Assembly (NCBI GenBank): GCA_963674945.2
Contig: CAXXWQ010000002.1
Span: forward strand, 96,001 to 160,000
Direction: 5' to 3'
Source of the DNA: an uncultured Desulfosarcina sp.
GTDB lineage: Bacteria > Desulfobacterota > Desulfobacteria > Desulfobacterales > Desulfosarcinaceae
Length of the DNA: 64,000 nt
Part shown: in pieces, positions 52,776 to 62,408 of the stretch
Numbering within the stretch: the first letter of the stretch is position 1
Layout of the letters: every line of letters starts with the position of its first letter
Notes under the pieces: generated by a model
What the model was told of the DNA's origin: nothing
Databases searched by the model: none
Seen by the model: only the letters and a program-made list of their open reading frames with translations
Program-made: the position numbers and the translations under genes

Positions 52776-54440
52776 TCAGGACCAGGCATAGGTGGCCGAC
52801 AATTCGGGGTGTTCCTGCCATGGTGCGCGCATATATTTCCACACCCGGCTGTTCACCATTCGATCGATCTCTTTATAAAAGTTGATGGCGCCTTTGAATC
52901 CGGCGTACGGCCCGCCATAATCGTAGCTATGAAGCTGCTTTAGGGGAATCCCGTGTTTTTGGACGGTGTATTTTTCCTTGATGCCGGCGCAGAACAGATC
53001 GGGTTTGAAGATCTTGATCAGCTGATCGGTTTCGTATTGGCTCAAATCGTCGATGATCATGGATCCGTCCGGCATTTCGGGCATCATGCCGTCATATTCG
53101 CCAAAACCGAGGCCCTTGGTTTCCAATTCGGTCTTTTTCTCTTCACTGACCCGTGGCTTGTATCGTTCCGGGTCCGGCTTCACGTCCAGTTCTTCGATGT
53201 TTCGGCTGTCCGCGTCCACTTTGATGGTCGGCAATACGGATCGCCCTTCGTAGTCGTCCCGATGACCGAATTCATATCCCGCGGAAAGGGTCTTCATGCC
53301 CAGCTCGGAAAAAAGTTCCTGGTAGTGATGGGCACGGGAGCCACCCACGAATAACATGGCCCTTTTTCCTTGCGTTCTCGGCAGGACTTCGGCACATGCC
53401 GCTTCGACGGCCGGCATCTCTTCGGCGATCACCTTCTCCACCTTGTCGATCAACTCCTGCTCTCCGAAGTACTCGGCGATTTTCCGTAAGGATTTTGCCG
53501 TGGCCTTGGCTCCGATGAAGTTGACCTTGATCCACGGTACACCAAACTTGGTTTCCATCATCTCTGCGACGTAGTTGATGGATCGGTGGCACATGATGCA
53601 GTTCAAGTCTGCCGTGTGGGAATTGGCGAATCCGTCGATACTGGAATTTCCGCTGTAAGTGGAAACCAGGGTGATGCCGCAAAGATCGAAAAGGCGTTCG
53701 ATCTCGAAGGCGTCCCCGCCGATATTGTATTCACCCAGAAGGTTGATTCGATATTTCCCTTCTCCGATGGTGTCATCATTGCCCACGACGTGGGTGAAAA
53801 TGCCGTTGTTGGCGATGTGGTGGCCGGCACTCTGGCTGACCCCCTTGTACCCCTCACAGGAAAAACCAAATACGTTGATTCCAAGTTTTTCCTTTATTTC
53901 CCGGCAAACTGAGTGGACGTCATCACCGATGAGACCCACGGGACAGGTGGCGAATACGGCAATGGCCTTGGGGTGAAAGTTGTCGTAGGCCTCCTGGATC
54001 GCCTGTTTCAGTTTTTTCTCACCACCGAAAATGATCTCTTCGTCCTGCATGTCCGTGGAAAAGCAGTAGGTCATGAAGTTGTGACCGTCGGGCGTGCTTT
54101 CCGGATCGGTCTGATTCCGGCGCGTCAACCAACTGTAAAATCCGCAGCCGATGGGACCATGGGTAATGTTGATGATGTCCCGTGTGGGCCCCAGCACAAC
54201 GCCCTTGCAGCCAGCGTAACAACACCCGCGTTGCCCGATAAGGCCCGGTACTGTTCGCACATTGGAGCTGATCACCGGCACCTTGCCGTCCGGCTCCACT
54301 TTGTTGATCACAATCTGTTTGGCCCGTTTTCGGGCGACCTTGGGTGGGTATTTGGAAATGAGCTGTTCTTTCACCTTTTCCGGATCATGGTTGTCCAGCC
54401 TTACTTTTTTCGTCGGTTTCTCATTCGCGGCCATAGCCAT
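52776..54440 (-). CDS. nifD: Nitrogenase MoFe protein alpha chain (Group II type, with internal insertion)
   Basis: RGCCYAGCKG, GVSQSAGHH, CHRSINY, GGSRAHH, YEFGH, LHSYDY. Confidence 0.97.
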   Translation of the reverse strand: MAMAANEKPTKKVRLDNHDPEKVKEQLISKYPPKVARKRAKQIVINKVEPDGKVPVISSNVRTVPGLIGQRGCCYAGCKGVVLGPTRDIINITHGPIGCGFYSWLTRRNQTDPESTPDGHNFMTYCFSTDMQDEEIIFGGEKKLKQAIQEAYDNFHPKAIAVFATCPVGLIGDDVHSVCREIKEKLGINVFGFSCEGYKGVSQSAGHHIANNGIFTHVVGNDDTIGEGKYRINLLGEYNIGGDAFEIERLFDLCGITLVSTYSGNSSIDGFANSHTADLNCIMCHRSINYVAEMMETKFGVPWIKVNFIGAKATAKSLRKIAEYFGEQELIDKVEKVIAEEMPAVEAACAEVLPRTQGKRAMLFVGGSRAHHYQELFSELGMKTLSAGYEFGHRDDYEGRSVLPTIKVDADSRNIEELDVKPDPERYKPRVSEEKKTELETKGLGFGEYDGMMPEMPDGSMIIDDLSQYETDQLIKIFKPDLFCAGIKEKYTVQKHGIPLKQLHSYDYGGPYAGFKGAINFYKEIDRMVNSRVWKYMRAPWQEHPELSATYAWS

Positions 54441-54525
54441 GGAAAGTTCTCCTTTGTAAAAACATGTGCATCGAATCATTCTTTATGAGGCGCGGATATT
54501 CTCCTCACCTCGCGAAACACAGTCG

Positions 54526-54906
54526 CTACCCTTCGTCCAGGGTTTCCACTCCCCGCTCTCCGGTACGGACACGGATGGCCTCCTGGCAGGGCATGACGAA
54601 GATGACGCCGTCACCCGATTTCCCGGTCTGATTGACCGAGATGATCGTTTTTACGGCCTTTTCCACCAAATCGTCATTGACGACCATTACCAGGAGCCGT
54701 TTGGGAATGAGCCGCTGGCTCTGGCCGAGTTGGGAAATTGCCTCTTCGTATCCGTGTTCGGCCCCTTTGAGAAGCTGCATATCCACCATCCCCTTTCCTC
54801 GCCCCAATGCATCGCGGGCGGTCATGGAACCGAGTCCGACCTCGGCCAGTGCTCTTTTTGTCTTGTTCATCATATTCATACGAACGATGGCGAGCAGTTC
54901 TTTCAT
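54526..54906 (-). CDS. nifI2: P-II family nitrogen regulator NifI2
   Basis: LGRGKG, NQTGKSGDGVIFV, VRTGE; second P-II gene between nifH and nifD. Confidence 0.9.
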   Translation of the reverse strand: MKELLAIVRMNMMNKTKRALAEVGLGSMTARDALGRGKGMVDMQLLKGAEHGYEEAISQLGQSQRLIPKRLLVMVVNDDLVEKAVKTIISVNQTGKSGDGVIFVMPCQEAIRVRTGERGVETLDEG

Positions 54907-55259
54907 ATCTCCACCTCTTCGGTCTTCCCATCGGAAGTCTGTTTTATGCCGGAACTGATGGTATAGGTCTCTTCCACAGGAATGACAAATATACGACCAT
55001 CACCGAAGGCACCTCTTTCTCCCGTTCGGGCTGCATTGATGATCGTACGAACGGCAAAATCCTTATCGGTATCCTTTACTACGGTGAGCAGCATTTCCTT
55101 GGGTATCTCGTCATAGGTGATCTCTCCGATTTTAATGCCACGCTGTTTTCCACGTCCTACGACTGACATCTTCGTTACACCTGGAAATCCTGCCTCCATC
55201 AGGGCGGCCAGCACGTTATCGACTTTCTCGGGGCGGACGATGGAACGGATCATAATCAT
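54903..55259 (-). CDS. nifI1: P-II family nitrogen regulator NifI1
   Basis: IVRPEK, GRGKQRG, YDEIPK, GAFGDGRIFV. Confidence 0.92.
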   Translation of the reverse strand: MIMIRSIVRPEKVDNVLAALMEAGFPGVTKMSVVGRGKQRGIKIGEITYDEIPKEMLLTVVKDTDKDFAVRTIINAARTGERGAFGDGRIFVIPVEETYTISSGIKQTSDGKTEEVEI

Positions 55260-55294
55260 GGTTTTTCTCCTTGTTTGGTTTATCGATACATGGT

Positions 55295-56146
<852 letters not shown>

Positions 56147-56180
56147 TCAATACATATACTAGCAACTTGCCATCTTATTG

Positions 56181-56196
56181 AGCAATGGGTGTGCCA
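56181..56196 (-). promoter_or_regulatory. Sigma-54 (-24/-12) promoter of nifH
   Basis: Minus strand TGGCACACCCATTGCT matches TGGCAC-N5-TTGC. Confidence 0.85.
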
Positions 56197-56497
56197 TTCG
56201 TTATGAATTCTCCTTAAAAGTTTAAAACATATTGAAATAAAAAGTAAAAAATCCAGTCGATAGGTATCGCACGGTATTTTACAAAGTCAGACAATCATTA
56301 CATCTACAATATTGTAGGTAGGTCACCTACAATAATGAAAAGATATATATCGAGACAGAATCGAACATATGGAGAAAACATTGATGAAAAACTCTGTTGA
56401 TGGCTAATCGACACAATTCTAAATAAGAAGTAATGACGTGGAACTATTCGGGTGAGAGAGAAAAATATTTTGGAGGAAGTAAAGGCGATGAAGGTAA

Positions 56498-58069
56498 TCA
56501 GTTGGAAAGGTTTCTAAAATGAAGGTTCCGCTGTTTGTTTTCCCTTATGATCTTGTCCAACCCGAATTTTTTCACGCGGTATCCCATCTGCCGCAAGGTG
56601 AGTCCGATTTCACGGGCTGCTTTCTGCTGTACCCAATCATTTTGCGCCAATGCCTCAAGAAGAGTTTCCCTTTCCATGATCTCCAGACGCGAGTGCGTCG
56701 ATTCGGAAGGTGAATCATAGTCCACGGATTCTTTTCGGCTGAACAGATAGGCCGGCAGGGATTTGGGTTCGATGCATTCGTTCTCGGCCATGATTGCGAC
56801 ACGTTCGACGAGGTTTTCCAATTCACGCACGTTTCCCGGCCAGTTATAGGCGGACAGGATTTCCATGCACTCCTGAGAGAAGAAAAACTTACGGCCATAC
56901 TCTTTCGCCGTCTTGGTAATAAAATAATCGACGAGAAGGGGAAGATCTGCTTTTCGTTTCCGAAGGGGCGGAATGGATATGGGAAATACATTGAGCCGGT
57001 AAAACAGATCGGAACGAAACATCCCTTCATCCACGGCACGGTTCAAGTCCACGTTGGTGGCGGCGATGATCCGGACATCCACCTTTCGTGTTCGTGTACT
57101 TCCCAGCCGCTCAAACTCGCGTTCCTGCAGAAAACGCAGCAGTTTTGCCTGGACCGGCAAGGGCAGCTCGCCGACTTCGTCGAGAAAGATGGTTCCGCTG
57201 TCCGCCTCCTCCAAACGTCCCTTCTTCAATTGGGTGGCACCGGTGAAGGCCCCCTTTTCATGGCCAAAGAGTTCCGATTCGATGAGATTGTCCGGCAGTG
57301 CTGCGCAGTTGACCTTTTCAAAGGGATTTCTGCGGCGCTGGCTCAGTTCATGAATGATTCTGGCCGTGAGTGTCTTTCCGGTACCCGACTCGCCCAGGAG
57401 CAGGACCGATGCCCGACTGGGAGCAACCTTGCTGATCATTTTATTCAGATTCTGCATGGCCGGACTGACGCCCACCGTGAAAAAGTGATTGTACTTGGCG
57501 GAGACTTCCGCTCGAAGGCTGCGATTCTCGGTGACCAGATGTGCCTCCCGACGCTCCACCTGGCGATAGAGCTGAAAGAACTGGGCAATCAGGGTGGCCA
57601 AGATGGACAAGAATCGGATATCTTCCTTGAAATCCACTTCGGGTCCGAAGAGTCTGTCTGCGCTTAAGACCCCGATGGGTTCGCTGTTCAAGACGATGGG
57701 GACACCGATGAACGAAATATTCGTTTTCGTCAGGTTGCGTGCCTGTGTTCGGTTCAGAAACAGCGGTTCCTTTCCGATATCGGGAACTGCAAAGGGCTGG
57801 GCGGATTCAAAAATGGCTCCGGTTATTCCCTCTCCCGGCTGGTAAATTCCTCTCTGTTGCTCTGTTGGGGCCAAGCCATGGGAGGCGATGATTTTTAAAA
57901 GACCGGTCTCCTTATCCTTCAGCGTAATGGTTCCCCGTTCCATGGAGAGGTTTTTCGACAGAATTTCGAGAATGGCCCGCAACGTATGATCCAAGTCGAG
58001 AACGCCGCCGATTTTCTGACTGATGGCGTAAAGGGTTTTCAGTTCCAGTTCGAAAATATTGTTTTCCAT
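56498..58069 (-). CDS. nifA: Nif-specific sigma-54 activator NifA (GAF-AAA-HTH)
   Basis: GAF domain, GESGTGKT, ESELFGHEKGAFTGA, WPGNVRELEN, HTH LTLRQMGYR; directly upstream of nifH. Confidence 0.92.
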   Translation of the reverse strand: MENNIFELELKTLYAISQKIGGVLDLDHTLRAILEILSKNLSMERGTITLKDKETGLLKIIASHGLAPTEQQRGIYQPGEGITGAIFESAQPFAVPDIGKEPLFLNRTQARNLTKTNISFIGVPIVLNSEPIGVLSADRLFGPEVDFKEDIRFLSILATLIAQFFQLYRQVERREAHLVTENRSLRAEVSAKYNHFFTVGVSPAMQNLNKMISKVAPSRASVLLLGESGTGKTLTARIIHELSQRRRNPFEKVNCAALPDNLIESELFGHEKGAFTGATQLKKGRLEEADSGTIFLDEVGELPLPVQAKLLRFLQEREFERLGSTRTRKVDVRIIAATNVDLNRAVDEGMFRSDLFYRLNVFPISIPPLRKRKADLPLLVDYFITKTAKEYGRKFFFSQECMEILSAYNWPGNVRELENLVERVAIMAENECIEPKSLPAYLFSRKESVDYDSPSESTHSRLEIMERETLLEALAQNDWVQQKAAREIGLTLRQMGYRVKKFGLDKIIRENKQRNLHFRNLSN

Positions 58070-58177
58070 GAATCCGCTATTGGCTATGATTTTGTATCGA
58101 TCGTAACGGTTCTGGAGAAATTCACGGTAGAAGCCCTCGACGAACCGACACGGGTCCAATCTTTCTTTAACCCTGCT

Positions 58178-58192
58178 TCAACAAATATGCCA
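58178..58192 (-). promoter_or_regulatory. Possible sigma-54 promoter of nifA
   Basis: Minus strand TGGCATATTTGTTGA (GA in place of GC at -12). Confidence 0.4.
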
Positions 58193-58441
58193 GTTTCGGT
58201 GTCATGCAGGTTTGGTGTAAACATTCTGAAATTAAAGTGTATTATTTCATCCTTCATTTTATGCAGGTGTCTGCAGAAAGTACAAAAATGAAATATGAGA
58301 TGTTCAAAGGAACATATATGTAATTAGTGGGCATGGTATTTTTCCTTTTCCGGAGGACGACCGTTTTGCCCGGTATTTACATTTCCCTCCATGGTTGCAA
58401 TATTATTCTGTCTATCTAAGGAAGAAAGGAAAGATAACATC

Positions 58442-59308
58442 ATGCACTATGAAGGAGATGTCATCCGGCCACCCAGCGAGGCCAATAGTATCCTCATCGA
58501 GGTGGCCGTCAATTGTTCCCATCACAAATGCACATTTTGCGCTTACCATGGCCGGCGATTCAAAATTAAGTCCGATGAGATCATCCTGTCGGACATCGCC
58601 TTTGCCGCCGAATATTGCAGGCGTCAACGGCGCGTCTTTCTGTGCGGATGCGACGCGTTGATCATCCCCCAGAAACGGTTGCTTCGGATCCTGCAGGAGA
58701 TCCGGCGGCAACTGCCCTGGGTGACCCGGGTGGGGGTATATGCCAACACCAAGAGCCTTGCCATGAAATCTGCAGCGGAACTGAGGGCGCTGCGGGAAAA
58801 TGGCCTGGGTATCGCGTACATGGGGTTGGAAAGCGGCGACGATGTCACCTTATCTGCCATTCGCAAGGGAGCGACGGCCCGGCGAATGATCGAAATGGGA
58901 AAGAAGGCCAGGGACGCCGGAATCAAGCTCTCCGTTACCGTTTTACTGGGGCTGGCCGGCCGCGAACGCTCCCAGATTCATGCCCGGGAGACCGGCCGGG
59001 TCCTTTCCGCCATCGATCCCGAGTACGTCGGTGCACTAAGCCTGATGCTGGTGCCCGGCACGCCGCTGTATGATGACTTTCGTGAAGGGCACTTTACCCT
59101 GATCGATCCCAATGAGATGCTGGCGGAGCTTCGTACCATGATCGCCGAAACCCATCAGACCCAGGGGCTTTTCCATGCCAATCACGCCTCCAACTACCTT
59201 CCCATCCGCGCCCGGATGCCCAAGGACAAGGCAAAGACATTGGCTCTGATCGACGAGGCCATGAAGGGAAAGGTGGCCCTTCGTCCGGAATGGATGCGGG
59301 CGCTCTAA
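58442..59308 (+). CDS. Radical SAM protein of unknown function
   Basis: RPPSEA, CSHHKCTFC (CX4CX2C variant), YMGLESG, NHASNY. Confidence 0.88.
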   Translation: MHYEGDVIRPPSEANSILIEVAVNCSHHKCTFCAYHGRRFKIKSDEIILSDIAFAAEYCRRQRRVFLCGCDALIIPQKRLLRILQEIRRQLPWVTRVGVYANTKSLAMKSAAELRALRENGLGIAYMGLESGDDVTLSAIRKGATARRMIEMGKKARDAGIKLSVTVLLGLAGRERSQIHARETGRVLSAIDPEYVGALSLMLVPGTPLYDDFREGHFTLIDPNEMLAELRTMIAETHQTQGLFHANHASNYLPIRARMPKDKAKTLALIDEAMKGKVALRPEWMRAL

Positions 59309-59310
59309 CC

Positions 59311-59491
59311 AGTGCCCATCCAGAAATGGCCAATTTGTCCGATATCGGCGTTGCGCGAAAAATTTTATCCTCGGAATATCAACCATATACACCCCAAGGG
59401 CATTTCCTTCGGGCACCTGTGGTAAACCCGAGCTACAATTGGGTCGTGCGCCTTGATCTCGACCAAATTTGCCTGTTTCTGGACAGACACT
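59311..59491 (+). repeat. MITE-like family M, copy C (same termini, divergent interior)
   Basis: AGTGCCCATCCAGAAA ... TTTCTGGACAGACACT; begins just after the radical SAM stop codon. Confidence 0.8.
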
Positions 59492-59594
59492 AACTTGTTG
59501 TAATGGTACTGGATACGAGTATTCGAGGGGCCAAGGGGTCAAGAGATGAACAGAACTGGCCGATAATTCATAAAAATGAATCCGGGAGCTGTAC

Positions 59595-60962
59595 GTGGCC
59601 AAACCCAAACTGCTGATTATCGAAGACGAAGCATCGGTTGCCAAACAGATCAAATGGGCGTTGGATGAAACCTACGATATCACCATCACCCAGGATGGGG
59701 AAACGGCGCGGAATTACTTTTCTACCGGTACCTTTCCCGTCGCCACTTTGGATCTGGGGCTTCCGCCATTTCCGGACAAGCCGACGGAGGGACTGGCCTT
59801 TCTCGAGCGGGCAGGGGAATATTCTTCTCTTACCAAGGTCATCGTCATCACCGGAAACACCGAACGGGAGACGGCGCTCAAGGCCATCGATCTGGGGGCC
59901 GTCGACTTTTGCAAAAAGCCCATCGACATAACGGTGCTGAAGATCATTTTGAACCGTGCCTTTCGGATTCATGAATTGGAATCCGCCAATCGTCTCCTTC
60001 GGCTTGAGAAACAGACGCCCAGCGGTTTCAACGGGATGGTCGGCATCTCTCCGGTCATGGAAAAGGTCTACGAGCGGATACGGAAAATCAGCACAAACGA
60101 TTATCCCGTTTTGATTACGGGACCATCGGGAACGGGAAAGGAGTTGGCGGCCCATGCCATCCATGAACGAAGTCCCCGATCTTCAAAGCCCATGGTCGTG
60201 GTCAACTGCGGTGCCATCGCGGCAAATCTCATCGAGAGTGAGCTCTTCGGGCATGAAAAAGGAGCTTTTACCGATGCCGTGGAGCAGAAAAAGGGGAAGT
60301 TTGAACTGGCCGACGGCGGGACCCTGTTTCTGGACGAGATCGGCGAGCTGCCGTTGAACCTGCAGGTGAAACTGCTGCGCACCCTCCAGGAGGGAACCAT
60401 CGACCGTGTCGGCGGCACCCGTACCATCGACCTGGACGTTCGCATCATCGCGGCCACCAATTCCGATCTCGAAGCGGCAGTGGCGCAAAAGGCATTTCGG
60501 GAAGACCTCTATTTCCGATTGAACGTGGTGCCGGTGAAACTGCCGGCCCTGAAAGATCGCCCGGAGGACATTCTCGTACTGGCCCACTATTTTATGACCA
60601 CCGAAGCCGGAACCCTGAAAAAACACCGGGCCGCATTCACTCTTTCCGCCATGGCCGCCCTATCGGCCCACGAATGGCCGGGAAACGTACGGGAACTGCA
60701 AAACCGGATTCGCAGGGCCCTGACCATTTCCGACAACCGAACCATCACCCCGGCCGACCTGGGGCTGGAAGATGCCGTATCCGAGGAGCACGATGATACG
60801 CTTCCTACCTTGAAGGAGGCCCGGGATCAGGCCGAACGCCAATGCGTTCGCCAGGCGCTGTCCCTCACCGGCAACAACATCAGCCAGGCCGCCAAGATGC
60901 TGGCTGTCAGCCGGCCGACCTTACACGATCTGATCAAGAAACACGGGATCGAGACGGGGTAG
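59595..60962 (+). CDS. prsR: PEP-CTERM-box response regulator (receiver-AAA-Fis HTH)
   Basis: TLDLGLPP...EG, KVIVITG, GAVDFCKKP, VSRPTLHDL; adjacent to a PEP-CTERM gene. Confidence 0.85.
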   Translation: MAKPKLLIIEDEASVAKQIKWALDETYDITITQDGETARNYFSTGTFPVATLDLGLPPFPDKPTEGLAFLERAGEYSSLTKVIVITGNTERETALKAIDLGAVDFCKKPIDITVLKIILNRAFRIHELESANRLLRLEKQTPSGFNGMVGISPVMEKVYERIRKISTNDYPVLITGPSGTGKELAAHAIHERSPRSSKPMVVVNCGAIAANLIESELFGHEKGAFTDAVEQKKGKFELADGGTLFLDEIGELPLNLQVKLLRTLQEGTIDRVGGTRTIDLDVRIIAATNSDLEAAVAQKAFREDLYFRLNVVPVKLPALKDRPEDILVLAHYFMTTEAGTLKKHRAAFTLSAMAALSAHEWPGNVRELQNRIRRALTISDNRTITPADLGLEDAVSEEHDDTLPTLKEARDQAERQCVRQALSLTGNNISQAAKMLAVSRPTLHDLIKKHGIETG

Positions 60963-61178
60963 GGATCAGAGGTTTTCAAGATTTTCTTCTTTCGTTATCA
61001 AGCGGCAATTTTAGAACATTCTCTCAAAAACAACCATTGAGCGCAGCGTGTATTGAAGAACCGAATGAACGTGGAAAGAATGGCCAGTCTTTCCTGCCGA
61101 ATCGGCATCCATCCTTTACCGATAGGTGTTTTCTTTTTCTGCAAAATTGAACCATGCAGCCCCTGGCCGCAGGTTCGT

Positions 61179-61325
61179 AGTAAAGAAATCCGACACCAAA
61201 ATAGCTTTGCCTTAAGCACCCCAGCTTCTGCATATGCCCGAACTTATTGTTTGTTAAGATAAAATTCGTATTGTTTGATTGAGCGATAATTTCCAATAAA
61301 CGGAAGCATGTCGATATTTTTTACA
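61179..61325. promoter_or_regulatory. Two candidate enhancer boxes (probable PrsR sites)
   Basis: AGTAAA-N6-CGACA at 61179-61195 (+) and TGTAAA-N6-CGACA at 61309-61325 (-), upstream of a sigma-54 promoter. Confidence 0.55.
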
Positions 61326-61386
61326 CTGCTTCTGATAGTAACGGCGGTATGTCATAAAAATTAATAATATCAAGTATATATAAAAT

Positions 61387-61402
61387 TGGCACACAATCTG
61401 CA
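61387..61402 (+). promoter_or_regulatory. Sigma-54 promoter of the PEP-CTERM gene
   Basis: TGGCACACAATCTGCA, GG-N10-GC spacing. Confidence 0.8.
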
Positions 61403-61453
61403 TACATTTTTCGAAAAAATAGAAATAATAATGGCGTGAAAGAAGGTGAATAT

Positions 61454-62074
61454 ATGAGAAGGTTTACTGTATTTGTGAGCTGTTTGATGTTGGTGCTTGG
61501 AGTTCATAGTTTTTCTTATGCAATACCAATACAATTTGATATTGACGTTTCAAATTCAAGTGTTTCATTAAGCAACATTACTGCAGATGGATTTTGGGGG
61601 TGGACTAGTATATCAGCAAACCTTAATTTGGATAATGAAGTTTTTACCCTGGAAGATGATGAAAGTTACACATTCGATTTCTTTGATATTGAAATAGATG
61701 GGGGTGGGTTAATCGCTTGGGGCACAGCTGATATTTCTGCGACTTTGGCATTTTCTTTACCCACAATAGATCAAGTCGAAAGTTCAGGGAGTGGTGGTTG
61801 GTTGACGATTGGAGGGTTTATTTCTGGAGGAATCTTAACGTGGAATAATATGCCTGAAACAATTTCACTGGGAGATGGAATCTCTTTTGACGTTGCTTTT
61901 GAGAATATCCTTGAAGGTGGCCTGGGAGATTCAACAACAGTTTCAGCGACTGTAACGGCTCATACCAATGATACAGCGTCTCCCGTTCCCGAACCCGCTA
62001 CGGTTTTGTTAATGGGGGCTGGCCTAATGGGCATGGTGGCCGTAAGTAGAAAACGTTACAATAAAAGGTCTTAA
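61454..62074 (+). CDS. PEP-CTERM sorting-signal protein
   Basis: Signal peptide; acidic Ser/Thr/Gly-rich body; VPEPATVLLMGAGLMGMVAVSRKR. Confidence 0.95.
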   Translation: MRRFTVFVSCLMLVLGVHSFSYAIPIQFDIDVSNSSVSLSNITADGFWGWTSISANLNLDNEVFTLEDDESYTFDFFDIEIDGGGLIAWGTADISATLAFSLPTIDQVESSGSGGWLTIGGFISGGILTWNNMPETISLGDGISFDVAFENILEGGLGDSTTVSATVTAHTNDTASPVPEPATVLLMGAGLMGMVAVSRKRYNKRS

Positions 62075-62103
62075 TAAAACACATTTTCGACATTCGCTTT
62101 GCT

Positions 62104-62143
62104 AAAAAAGCCCCACGGAGGTTTTCCTCTGTGGGGCTTTTTT
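62104..62143 (+). terminator. Rho-independent (probably bidirectional) terminator
   Basis: AAAAAAGCCCCACGGAGG-TTTT-CCTCTGTGGGGCTTTTTT. Confidence 0.9.
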
Positions 62144-62408
62144 ATTCGGTAGCAGCGTTTTGGAACTGTTATATTTACAGTCGTTTCGTCACTTCGAAAA
62201 CTTCGGTTGATCGTGTGGCGCATTCTGCAAGGACTGACAAAAAAAGAAAGATGCCGATAGCGATGAAGTTAACGGTGTAAATCAGTTTTTTCCTCGACCC
62301 AAATCAATCTTCGGCTTGTAACTCGTTTGCATTATTTGTAAAAAACGTGTTACATCTATTTCCTGCGAATACAAGACCATTAATCCATTCATCTCCGGAG
62401 GCCTCTTT

